In this document: positions 1 through 8,287 of the stretch, one piece after another
How positions within the stretch are numbered: the stretch's first letter is position 1
How the letters are laid out: every line of letters begins with the position of its first letter
IMG/VR virus record: IMGVR_UViG_3300033149_001248
Span: 1 to 60,850 of that record
DNA length: 60,850 bases
Reading direction: 5' to 3' (one strand)
Source: a virus
Lineage: Duplodnaviria > Caudoviricetes
Made by a program: the position numbers and the translations under genes
The notes under the pieces: model-generated
Databases searched by the model: none
The model's input: the letters and a program-made list of their open reading frames with translations, nothing else
What the model was told of the DNA's origin: nothing

Positions 1-114
1 GCGCCATCGGTCCATCCCCCGAGAACCTAGCGGTAGGTTCCGGGGCGGGTCTTCGATCCGGGGAACCCCGTAGCAATCGCAGCCAGGTCTCCAGCCCACC
101 GTAGTCGAAGGCCA
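1..114 (+). repeat. Exact 114-bp terminal overlap with 60176-60289
   Basis: Direct comparison of the two ends. Confidence 0.95.
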
Positions 115-1092
115 GCAACCCCCGCCTACCTGACTCATCTCCCGACTCTGACTACCGTAGGGGGAGTCGGCTTTCCGTTTAGTCGGTCTAGGGTTCGTGT
201 AGGGCCGTCTAGATATAACCCTCTCCCAACCCCGGCCACAAGTAGGGCAGGCCCCATATCGGCTCGTACCGGCGCTCAGGCAGACCCGTACCAACTCTGG
301 GGGAAAGACGGCACAGTGGCTCCCTGGGTGGGCGCAAACCCCAATCGTCCAGAACGATGGCCGATTGCGGCCTGTGTCCAACTCGATGGCCCGCTTAGGG
401 GCGTCGTTTTTGAGGGGACCTAGCCTATACTGGCCTTCGGTTCGCAGGTGTCCAACCGATCCGCTGCGTATATCAGTTGTGACGATCCGGCCCCCACGTT
501 TGGCAGCTTGCTTCATCACTCCAATCGAATAGGGTACTTTGATGGCTTCGGCATCATAGTAGTATTTGGTTCCAGTCGTAAGCAGAAAGACGTATTCATG
601 AGCCTTGGTACAACGGCTCTTCGCTGCTGACTCTGGTACGGGATTCGGCTTCGCCCAAACGATGTCTTGCCGTAGGGTCCAGCCGTCGTTGTTCAACGCG
701 AAGGCTACCCGCCACGGCAACCCCATTACGCTACCCCCGCCCCCCGAGTAAGTATCACCTAGGTTTAGCCAGACGGTCCCATCGGGTCGAAGCACCCGCT
801 TGACTTCCCGAAACACCTCAACCAACCGGCAAACGTAGCATTCACCGCATAGCCCGTCCGTTCGCCGTAGTCGTTTCCCGTTCCGCTCGCAGTCGGCTAT
901 CGGCTCGCAGCCTAGCTCTAGCCTCTTATCGGTTCCCCGATAGTTTCGCAGGGACCAGTAGGGCGGGGAAGTTACTACGCTCTGAACGCAAGCGTCGGGT
1001 AGCTCCTTCAAGATTCGGGTAGCATCTCCGTGATAGAGTCGCACTCGTTGTTGATCGGTAGTGCTCCAATAGGGCTTGATCCTCTTAGGCAT
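1..1092 (-). CDS. Beta-class N4-cytosine/N6-adenine DNA methyltransferase, N-terminal part (allele A); continues through the circular junction into 60175-59906
   Basis: Not in the ORF track because it runs off the end. Manual translation MPKRIKPYW...VVTSPPYW...WLNLGDTY...DIVWAKPNP...HEYVFLL...HCAVFPPELV; DPFVGSGT lies in the 59906 ORF. Confidence 0.9.
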   Translation of the reverse strand, partial: MPKRIKPYWSTTDQQRVRLYHGDATRILKELPDACVQSVVTSPPYWSLRNYRGTDKRLELGCEPIADCERNGKRLRRTDGLCGECYVCRLVEVFREVKRVLRPDGTVWLNLGDTYSGGGGSVMGLPWRVAFALNNDGWTLRQDIVWAKPNPVPESAAKSRCTKAHEYVFLLTTGTKYYYDAEAIKVPYSIGVMKQAAKRGGRIVTTDIRSGSVGHLRTEGQYRLGPLKNDAPKRAIELDTGRNRPSFWTIGVCAHPGSHCAVFPPELVRVCLSAGTSRYGACPTCGRGWERVISRRPYTNPRPTKRKADSPYGSQSREMSQVGGGCWPSTTVGWRPGCDCYGVPRIEDPPRNLPLGSRGMDRWR

Positions 1093-3286
1093 TAGACCGC
1101 TCCTTGGTCGAACGAACGGGCCGCTGAATACCAATAACCTGAACCCGGTGATAGAGTTTCTTGATCCGCTCCGTGGCCCGCCAACGTTGGTGTAACCGGC
1201 TTTTACCCGGCCCTTCGGGGGCATATATCTCGATCACTCCGATTCCCTTTAGAAACCGCAGCAAGTGTCGAGCCTTATCATCGGGCAGATTCATAATCCC
1301 TGCTAACGTACTAAAGCGCAGCCCCTCGGGATACGTACACAGGTGTTCCAAGGCCGTTAGCGTTACGCCACGGGCCGTATCGAGGGCCACCCGCTTGACT
1401 CGACGCATGACGTGACGATCTACAGACGAACGGTTTAAGACTAGCGCCAGACACTTCGCTAGCCGGGTTAGCTGGCTTACCAGCCTAGCTCCAAACTCCC
1501 GTTCCGCCGTTTCGATCTGGCGGGTGGACGGACGGGCGCGCATATAGGCTACAAACTTGCCTAGTGCAACCAACTGCCGTCGGGCTGTATCGTCTATCTT
1601 GATCTTAGGCAGCAATCGGGGAGCGTTTTCCCGCAGCCACTCGACGTAACCCCCTGTAGCTCGCATAGCCTTGACCTTTTCTGGGCTATAGAACGATTCG
1701 GGTTTGCCGTTGGACTGGGTGCTGATCTCTTGCTCCGCTCGGTTGACTACCCGCCAGAGGATATCATCCTCAAGCTCATCGTCGATCCGCTCCATGATAA
1801 CGCAGTCCAAGAACCGTTCCCCTAGCTCTGATTGATCTAGGCTTCGGATAGCCGACGTTCCGCAGAGGATCCAGGTCATACGCACATTTTCGTATTCCCG
1901 GCTAGTCGCGTTTCGGTAATGACTCCGCGAAACACAGTCGTATATGTCGCGCGCTTCGGCTAGAATCTGCGAAAGGTTCGGCGCTTGAAGCAACGTATCC
2001 CCGTCTTTGATCACTAGGGTCTTGTCCCGTAGCTGGTTGATTAGCGAATAGTCCTGCCCGTCTTCGGTACGGAACCCGCTTAGGAATCCCCGAATACTCG
2101 ACTTCGCTACGACATGCTGCCGAGCAACGGCTAACGCTTCGCAGAGGGTTGACTTCGCCGTAGCGGCGGGACCGACTACCTTAAGCCATAGCTGGTCGCC
2201 GATGAATGGGGTACTAGCTACCGTAGCCAGCATAGCGGCCAGAGCGTGGTCGAGACCATCGGTCCACTTGAGGGCTTTTCTCCAGTGTCGTATCAATTCC
2301 CGATAGCTCGTACACCGAGCGGGTCTAAGCCGTAGGGGGTCGGCTCCGCTATCGCCCTTTGCTTCAATCCAATCCTGGGGCACGGGCCGGGTCCAGTCCA
2401 GCAACAGCTGGAGTCGTTCCCCCCGTTGAACGTCTGGCCGACCGAGTAGATCACGAACGTCGGCCCCTTCCCGCTCACTGAGGTTCGACTCCGCCCAATC
2501 CAGACAGTACAGCTTCGTGAGAGGAACCCCATGGGCATGGAGCAAACGGGCTACCCGCAACATCCCGTTTCGACCCCCGGTGTCGTTGTCGTACAGTAGG
2601 TGCACCGCTTCCCGGTCCTTGAACAGGGCTACCCATTCATCACGAAACACAGAGCAACCGGGTACGGCTAAAACCCCGGCCCCCTGGCCAAGACTGTTTG
2701 CTACGGAACCTGTCGGAACCAGGCGGTGGCCCAGGGGCTTGTAGCTCCGTAGGGTTTCCCAGAGCACGATGGCATCCCACAACCCTTCGCAAAGCCAAAT
2801 CGTTTTCGGCCCCTTCGGTGACGACTTCGGCAACAAGGGAATACCGAGTAGCTGGTGGCGAAACGGCTTCGGAGTCGCTAGGAGCACCCGTCGGCCTCTA
2901 GCCGTAGTGTAACGATATACCTGGCGGATATGGCCCCGTAGGTCGTAGGCTGGAACCAACCAATCCCCCAGCAACGGAGAACGGCAGACGCCCCAAGCCC
3001 AGAGGCTTTCCGCCCGACAACCCCGTTCCTCTGCCAGGGGTTCTAGGTCTTCCACTCGACCCGCTTTCTGGCCGATCTCACAAAGCCACTTCAAAAACCC
3101 GTAGGCGTTTCCGGCCCAGTTGCATACCCAGCAATGAAACCGCCCATCATCGGTACGCACGGCTAGTTTTCCGGCTTTCCCACATACAGGGCAATCTCCC
3201 GTTGCTTCCTCAGAACCGTCTTCCCAGGATAGCTCTAGGCCGTGAAACAGATAGACCCGTAGTCCTTCCGGTGCAACTTTAGGCAT
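1085..3286 (-). CDS. Primase-helicase: Zn finger + TOPRIM + MCM-like AAA+ domain
   Basis: CPVCG...HCWVC; CEGLWDA and YDND TOPRIM motifs; GPAATAKST Walker A-like; LGERFL arginine finger. Confidence 0.8.
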   Translation of the reverse strand: MPKVAPEGLRVYLFHGLELSWEDGSEEATGDCPVCGKAGKLAVRTDDGRFHCWVCNWAGNAYGFLKWLCEIGQKAGRVEDLEPLAEERGCRAESLWAWGVCRSPLLGDWLVPAYDLRGHIRQVYRYTTARGRRVLLATPKPFRHQLLGIPLLPKSSPKGPKTIWLCEGLWDAIVLWETLRSYKPLGHRLVPTGSVANSLGQGAGVLAVPGCSVFRDEWVALFKDREAVHLLYDNDTGGRNGMLRVARLLHAHGVPLTKLYCLDWAESNLSEREGADVRDLLGRPDVQRGERLQLLLDWTRPVPQDWIEAKGDSGADPLRLRPARCTSYRELIRHWRKALKWTDGLDHALAAMLATVASTPFIGDQLWLKVVGPAATAKSTLCEALAVARQHVVAKSSIRGFLSGFRTEDGQDYSLINQLRDKTLVIKDGDTLLQAPNLSQILAEARDIYDCVSRSHYRNATSREYENVRMTWILCGTSAIRSLDQSELGERFLDCVIMERIDDELEDDILWRVVNRAEQEISTQSNGKPESFYSPEKVKAMRATGGYVEWLRENAPRLLPKIKIDDTARRQLVALGKFVAYMRARPSTRQIETAEREFGARLVSQLTRLAKCLALVLNRSSVDRHVMRRVKRVALDTARGVTLTALEHLCTYPEGLRFSTLAGIMNLPDDKARHLLRFLKGIGVIEIYAPEGPGKSRLHQRWRATERIKKLYHRVQVIGIQRPVRSTKERSNA

Positions 3287-3680
3287 GATCGTTCTCCGTC
3301 ACCATGTTGAGTGCTTGTTCTTCGGCAACCAAATCCCGATGCGCGGCCCGTTCGTCTGAATAGCGTTCCGGGTATCGTATCCGCAGCTTATTGATGTTGG
3401 CCTGTAACACCCGCTCCATAGACATCCCCAAGGCGTTACAGGCCAACGCGATATACCAAAGCATATCGCCTAGCTCCTCAACCAGCCGAACCCGATTGAG
3501 AGGTTGACCGTAGTGAATGTGTTTCTCCCATTCGCAAGCCAATTCCCCGACTTCCCCCATCAGGCCAATAAGAGCATGATTGAGTCGGGTATTAGTAACC
3601 GAGCTAGCCAACCGATGGTGGGCCGCTCCTTGGACGCATTCGGTCCGCTTCGCTAATCGTTGATACTCGTTAACATCCAT
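3279..3680 (-). CDS. MazG-like nucleotide pyrophosphohydrolase (candidate dTTP/dUTP remover)
   Basis: GLMGEVGEL...EELGDMLWY...NINKLRIRYP. Confidence 0.9.
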   Translation of the reverse strand: MDVNEYQRLAKRTECVQGAAHHRLASSVTNTRLNHALIGLMGEVGELACEWEKHIHYGQPLNRVRLVEELGDMLWYIALACNALGMSMERVLQANINKLRIRYPERYSDERAAHRDLVAEEQALNMVTENDHA

Positions 3681-3695
3681 TCGTCAATCCCCTCA

Positions 3696-4250
3696 CTAGT
3701 ACAAACGAACTTCCCAGAAAACCGTATTATACCCCGGCAGCGTTCCCCAATTCACGGAGTAGGTGGAAAACTCAACTACGTGATCGGGGTAGCGGTCTAG
3801 TAAGACCTGGAGCCACTCATAGCTGTTAGGGCATAGGAATCGTTGCAGCAGACACAACGCGAACACACCTCTAACCGTTCGTCCTTGGAGGCGTAATGCT
3901 TCGCGCATCGGTCGAGCTACGCAACTGTAGTATAGGTCGAGGCCCCACAGCCCCCGCTGAACTTCGCCCTGAAAGACGGTTTTATCAGTGGGGGCCATGG
4001 CGCTAATATACAACTGGTCGGCCCGATAGTAGCGTAGGGCTTCCGCCCACGCCCGCTCGAACCCCTCTGGGGGAACGTTATACCAGGTCCGCGCTCCGGC
4101 TACCCGGTTGCGGATATGGACTAGCCCCTTGTATCCGTCGGCTAAATACTCCTGGCGCGTTCCCCAAGTAGGGGAGTGATTACCAAATTCGCCTCGGATA
4201 TACCGCTCAACGAAGTCGGCTTTAGTCAAAACAGGCGGGAAGTCGGCCAT
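3696..4250 (-). CDS. Hypothetical protein, possible divergent ATP-grasp ligase
   Basis: C-terminal VVEFS...VFWEVR resembles the ATP-grasp metal-binding strands; lies in the modification operon. Confidence 0.4.
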   Translation of the reverse strand: MADFPPVLTKADFVERYIRGEFGNHSPTWGTRQEYLADGYKGLVHIRNRVAGARTWYNVPPEGFERAWAEALRYYRADQLYISAMAPTDKTVFQGEVQRGLWGLDLYYSCVARPMREALRLQGRTVRGVFALCLLQRFLCPNSYEWLQVLLDRYPDHVVEFSTYSVNWGTLPGYNTVFWEVRLY

Positions 4251-5283
4251 GACGTTTCTCCAACCAGAGGGCTAGGGCGTTTCTCCAACCGAAGTCTTTT
4301 ACACGACGCATCCACCGAGTCGCCCCTTCCACGTTCCCGGTTCGATGACAGAAAAAGCTATTCACGGCCGGGGCGACTACCTTAGCCAGCCACTGACTCT
4401 TCCAAGCATCCGGGTCGAGCAGGTGCTGGTATCCTACCAGACTATCGGTAAACGCTCCGGCCTCTTCCAACGCGATCCCATCGGGTTCCGGCCCTCTGGG
4501 GGAAGACACATAGTCGCTCAGCAACTGCCGGGTACTCGGCAACTCGTACCAGTCCAACCAGGTCTTCGCTCCGGCCAAAATAAAGCTATAGACGTGAGCG
4601 TTGTTCGTGAACTGGTAGTAACTCCCCTGCGGATAACCGGATAGACTAGCGACTACCGAGTGAATATAGCTGAAGTGGACTACGTTAGCCCCTAGTGCGC
4701 CCCAAACCAGGTCGTTAGAGCGGTTACAAACCGTCATCCTCAGACGACCGTTTTTCTCGACCATGAAATACAGATGCGTATTGCAGGGCAGGTCTTTGGA
4801 ACCGCTCGCCAACCCCCGTAGGTCAATCTCGGGGTTCCATATTGCCACGACTACCCGCCGTGTGTTGGGATCACGCTTGAGCTCATCGGCGGCTAGTCTT
4901 AGCTGGTCGATACTCAGAGGCGGGTATCGCCTCATGCGGTGTCCGTAGGCTCCCGACAACGTACAACCGTCGTCACTGTATTCGGCCATCCGCCGATTGA
5001 ACAGCGTCAGGGGTTTTACGTCGTTACGACCGGCCAGCATCCAGACGGTTTCAACTAGGTGAAAGACGGGGTTGGCATCTCGGGGCTGATTAAGCAATAC
5101 CCGAAGATACGGCATACGATACTCGATCAGCAACGGCTCCGTCAGTTGATAAATATGGCCTACCCGACTGTCTCGATAGCCGATGTCAGGGTCGGTTAAC
5201 TTCGCGTGGTCTGTTGCCCGTCGGTAAAACAAGCCAATCAAATCTTGAAACGCCTGGTTAACGTGCGCGTACCTGACTTCCAT
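4222..5283 (-). CDS. Thymidylate-synthase-family dUMP hydroxymethylase
   Basis: TRRVV, KDLPCNT catalytic Cys, NRSNDLVWG, Asn specificity residue in GANVVHF (dUMP type), NAHVY; likely start MEVRYAH. Confidence 0.85.
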   Translation of the reverse strand: MEVRYAHVNQAFQDLIGLFYRRATDHAKLTDPDIGYRDSRVGHIYQLTEPLLIEYRMPYLRVLLNQPRDANPVFHLVETVWMLAGRNDVKPLTLFNRRMAEYSDDGCTLSGAYGHRMRRYPPLSIDQLRLAADELKRDPNTRRVVVAIWNPEIDLRGLASGSKDLPCNTHLYFMVEKNGRLRMTVCNRSNDLVWGALGANVVHFSYIHSVVASLSGYPQGSYYQFTNNAHVYSFILAGAKTWLDWYELPSTRQLLSDYVSSPRGPEPDGIALEEAGAFTDSLVGYQHLLDPDAWKSQWLAKVVAPAVNSFFCHRTGNVEGATRWMRRVKDFGWRNALALWLEKRHGRLPACFD

Positions 5284-5848
5284 GGCGTACCCTTTCGACA
5301 TTAGGGGATTCAGACAAAACCTCAGACAACCGCTGCTTGAGGTAACGTATCGGGTCGTGGGTGTATAGTCGGTTTTGACTACACGGAAACAGAATCGCTT
5401 TCCCGCCCGCACGGCGGAATCCAATTATAGTCGATTCCCGGTCGTCTATGAGAACATTATCGGGTCGGGCTAATGCTGTCTTATGGGGCGTAAACACGTA
5501 GCGGTCGAACGTTTCCCCGAAGTATCTTCGCAACCAGCGTATCTTTCCGGCTACGCACTCGGGGTGCATCGACGGCGCGCTAACGATTAGCCACGGCACC
5601 CCCTGGTTCTCCACCAACTTGACTACGGACCAAAACCAAGGGGTAGGCTCTAGCCGCTCCCAAAACTCTGCCCCTAGTCGGTTAATCGGCTCCCAAAATT
5701 GGCGGGCGTTTAGACCCATAGGTTCGAGAATCGACCAGGCTCCCGGCTCTTTGCGCTCTAGTAGCCGCTCCCAATTCCAGCCGTGGACCCGTAAAGCACC
5801 CCCCACAAAGTCGGCTAGAACCTCATCCATGTCCAGCAAAATCATCAT
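5258..5848 (-). CDS. HAD 5'(3')-deoxyribonucleotidase (NT5C-like)
   Basis: LLDMDEVLADF, K..WL, LIDD motifs. Confidence 0.9.
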   Translation of the reverse strand: MMILLDMDEVLADFVGGALRVHGWNWERLLERKEPGAWSILEPMGLNARQFWEPINRLGAEFWERLEPTPWFWSVVKLVENQGVPWLIVSAPSMHPECVAGKIRWLRRYFGETFDRYVFTPHKTALARPDNVLIDDRESTIIGFRRAGGKAILFPCSQNRLYTHDPIRYLKQRLSEVLSESPNVERVRHGSQVRAR

Positions 5849-5907
5849 CGTAAACCCTTTAGCTATAACGACTTACAACTTTTTCCAAAATCGGTCAAGA
5901 AAACCCC

Positions 5908-5935
5908 TTGACTTGCCGATAGGATTAGCTATAAT
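5908..5935 (+). promoter_or_regulatory. Sigma70-type promoter TTGACT-16-TATAAT
   Basis: Near-consensus hexamers upstream of ORF 5993. Confidence 0.75.
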
Positions 5936-5992
5936 GGAGGTGTCGGTTGAACGTTATTCGTTTCGTTAACCCGTTCGTGAAGGAGTGGAGCA

Positions 5993-6337
5993 ATGGCTAA
6001 GACCCGTACCCCCAAAACCACGAAGACCACCAAGACCGCGAAGAAACCGGCCGCGAAGAAACCGGCCAAGAGCAACGGCCCGGCGTTGGGCAAGGTCCAC
6101 GTTCGGATTCTCCGAGCGCTCGCCAAGTCTGGAAAGCCTATGTCTCGTACCCAACTGGCCAAAGCAGCCCAAGTCCACCCGTCGGTCATCGGCAAATATG
6201 CCGGGTACGTCAACCCCGATATCAACGCCCGGCCCGTTCATAGCGGGAACCTGCTCAACCAGGGAATGGTTAAGATTGAAGCGCACCCCGACGGAACATA
6301 CTACGCTATTACCCCTAAGGGCCGTAAGGCCGTATAG
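5993..6337 (+). CDS. Small basic winged-helix DNA-binding protein with Lys/Ala/Thr-rich N-terminal tail
   Basis: AGGAG RBS; KTAKKPAAKKPAK; RILRAL...MSRTQLAKAA...YAITPKG wHTH pattern. Confidence 0.75.
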   Translation: MAKTRTPKTTKTTKTAKKPAAKKPAKSNGPALGKVHVRILRALAKSGKPMSRTQLAKAAQVHPSVIGKYAGYVNPDINARPVHSGNLLNQGMVKIEAHPDGTYYAITPKGRKAV

Positions 6338-6368
6338 CGGCCCCGTAAACAGCCATAGCCACAGCCTA

Positions 6369-6404
6369 GGCCCCCTAGCCCCGTATCGGCTAGGGGGTCT
6401 TTTC
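6369..6404 (+). terminator. Intrinsic terminator
   Basis: CCCCCTAGCC/GGCTAGGGGG stem followed by TCTTTT. Confidence 0.75.
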
Positions 6405-7385
6405 TTATGGGTACAGGTGTTTGTACGGTTCGTTAGACACATCATCAAATCTCCCCTCTAGAATGGCCTGCCGGTTTCTAGCGACTATGGCTCTTGTATT
6501 CTTGGAGTAAGACGTTGCTTGCCAACGACGTTCTCGCCACCCAAGAAACTTCGGTCTCGGGGGAAACTCCCGATGCGCGTATCGTTCCCAATAGACGGCT
6601 AGCGGGTCGGTTCCCTCAATCAAGCAGATTAGTAGATCACGGCATAGCTCTATAGCGGTCAATACCTGCTCCGGCGTTTCCGCCTGGAAAAACGGCCGGA
6701 ACTCGATTGTATCGCTTTGGAGTAGCTGCCGGATATTAACCGTCGGCCTTGGTTGGGCGTGGTATAGCGGCTTTCCCGCTTTCGACCAGGGGCACTCTAG
6801 GCTGATTAGCTCCTCAACGGTTTTAGCCTCTAGCTGCTTACGAACTCGGTATTCGGGGATAATCGTCCAATGACTCCGTTTGATATGAGCTAGCCACTGT
6901 TTCAGTAACTTCCTATCGGCCGTTGTTTCGCAGGGATAATAGTCGGCATCTAGCGGGTCGATGACCTCTAGAAACGGACGCAAATTGAGACAATTGGTTT
7001 GTATCCGTTTCAGAATCTCAAGACCCCGCTCCCGTAAGCCGGGAACCCGGATATGGACTTGGGTACCTGCCCGGTGGGTTACTCTAGTTTCAGGGAATCG
7101 GGTTAGAAACTCATGGAACAGCTGGGCCTGCCCGTCCGGGGTATCGGTCGGCGGGGTGTTAATCTCCGCTCCAAACGGGTAGTCTTTCAGCGTTGGGTCG
7201 CCTGCTATTCCGTTCGTGTTTGTAATCTGAGGTTCTGGGTCTCGACCGTAGCCCTCCCAACCCCGGCGGGTGTCCCAGTCGGACAGCTCGTGCTCCGCTC
7301 CATAGGTCCAATACTTCGGGTCGAGCCAGTGATACTTAGCTATTCCCCATAGTCGTTGCCGTTTCTTCCGTTGTTTCTTCGCCAT
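6405..7385 (-). CDS. Putative amidoligase (glutamine-synthetase/glutamate-cysteine-ligase-like COOH-NH2 ligase)
   Basis: YGAEHE, GAEINTPP, GTQVHI, TVNIRQL, TIEFR motifs. Confidence 0.75.
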   Translation of the reverse strand: MAKKQRKKRQRLWGIAKYHWLDPKYWTYGAEHELSDWDTRRGWEGYGRDPEPQITNTNGIAGDPTLKDYPFGAEINTPPTDTPDGQAQLFHEFLTRFPETRVTHRAGTQVHIRVPGLRERGLEILKRIQTNCLNLRPFLEVIDPLDADYYPCETTADRKLLKQWLAHIKRSHWTIIPEYRVRKQLEAKTVEELISLECPWSKAGKPLYHAQPRPTVNIRQLLQSDTIEFRPFFQAETPEQVLTAIELCRDLLICLIEGTDPLAVYWERYAHREFPPRPKFLGWRERRWQATSYSKNTRAIVARNRQAILEGRFDDVSNEPYKHLYP

Positions 7386-7399
7386 GGCCTAGCTCCTGC

Positions 7400-8287
7400 T
7401 CAGCCAATATTCCAAAACAGCGTATCCGGGTAACGTTCCCGTTCTCGCACCCACCAACGAAACGCCTTTAGGTCATAGTACGGATTGCAAGGCCAATCAG
7501 GTGTCGGTCCGGGGCGGGCCGTATCCCGATATTGATAACCCTCGTCAATTACCTCAACCGGGAAGTCATCTACTCCTGACATCTTCAACAAGTATTTCAA
7601 CACGGCTGTTTCTGGCCGGGAATACCCCAGGTGAATCAGAAACCTAGCCACCTGAATCCCCCGCTCAACGAACCCTCGTATAACCCCCGCTGCAATCGTT
7701 CCGCTACTAGCCGGAATCAGGACGTAACGGAACGGACGGTTAGGCACTTCGGCCGCTGTCTCCGCCACCGTTTCTGGTAGCTTCAGCGCGTTGGGCATCA
7801 TATAACCGCCTTCGGCTTGGCATAGTTTCTTCGCCTGGTGATAGAGGATAGCCGATCTTCCGGCGGGTAGCCCGACTAGCTCCGCTCCGTAGCTCTGGGC
7901 TAGTCGCTGGGGGGCCCTCGGCCCTGGTTCACGTTTGTACTCGGGATAGTAGTTGAGGCATCGCTTACCTAACGACCTACAGACTCGGGCGACGGCCGCT
8001 CCGGCTTGGCTATGGTAGGTGTCTAGCACTCCGATAACCGCTTCAGGGCGGCTAGCAATTCGCCGATAGCATCCCCGAATCTTGGAAAAGTAGGGGCCAG
8101 GGGGTAGGCAGGCTAGGTCTTCGCGCTTCACCCACAGCCCCCATTCCTCACGAAACTCTATCGGGGTGCCTACTCGGATAATACCATGAACAACCCGGCC
8201 CCTAGAGCGTCGGCAGGTGTTGGAGCAATCGTTGGTTGGTTCTCGTTTTGGCATATCTAAGCAACGCCTTTCTGATATCATGAACAT
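7400..8287 (-). CDS. PLP-dependent fold-type-II enzyme (hypermodification decarboxylase-like); start uncertain
   Basis: WVKREDL, SKIRG (PLP Lys), PASSGTIAAG, PYYDLKA. Confidence 0.8.
   Translation of the reverse strand: MFMISERRCLDMPKREPTNDCSNTCRRSRGRVVHGIIRVGTPIEFREEWGLWVKREDLACLPPGPYFSKIRGCYRRIASRPEAVIGVLDTYHSQAGAAVARVCRSLGKRCLNYYPEYKREPGPRAPQRLAQSYGAELVGLPAGRSAILYHQAKKLCQAEGGYMMPNALKLPETVAETAAEVPNRPFRYVLIPASSGTIAAGVIRGFVERGIQVARFLIHLGYSRPETAVLKYLLKMSGVDDFPVEVIDEGYQYRDTARPGPTPDWPCNPYYDLKAFRWWVRERERYPDTLFWNIG

Noticed and set aside
115-588. Diversity-generating retroelement TR/VR pair with 60383-60850
   Set aside because: No reverse transcriptase; differences affect all bases and include an indel
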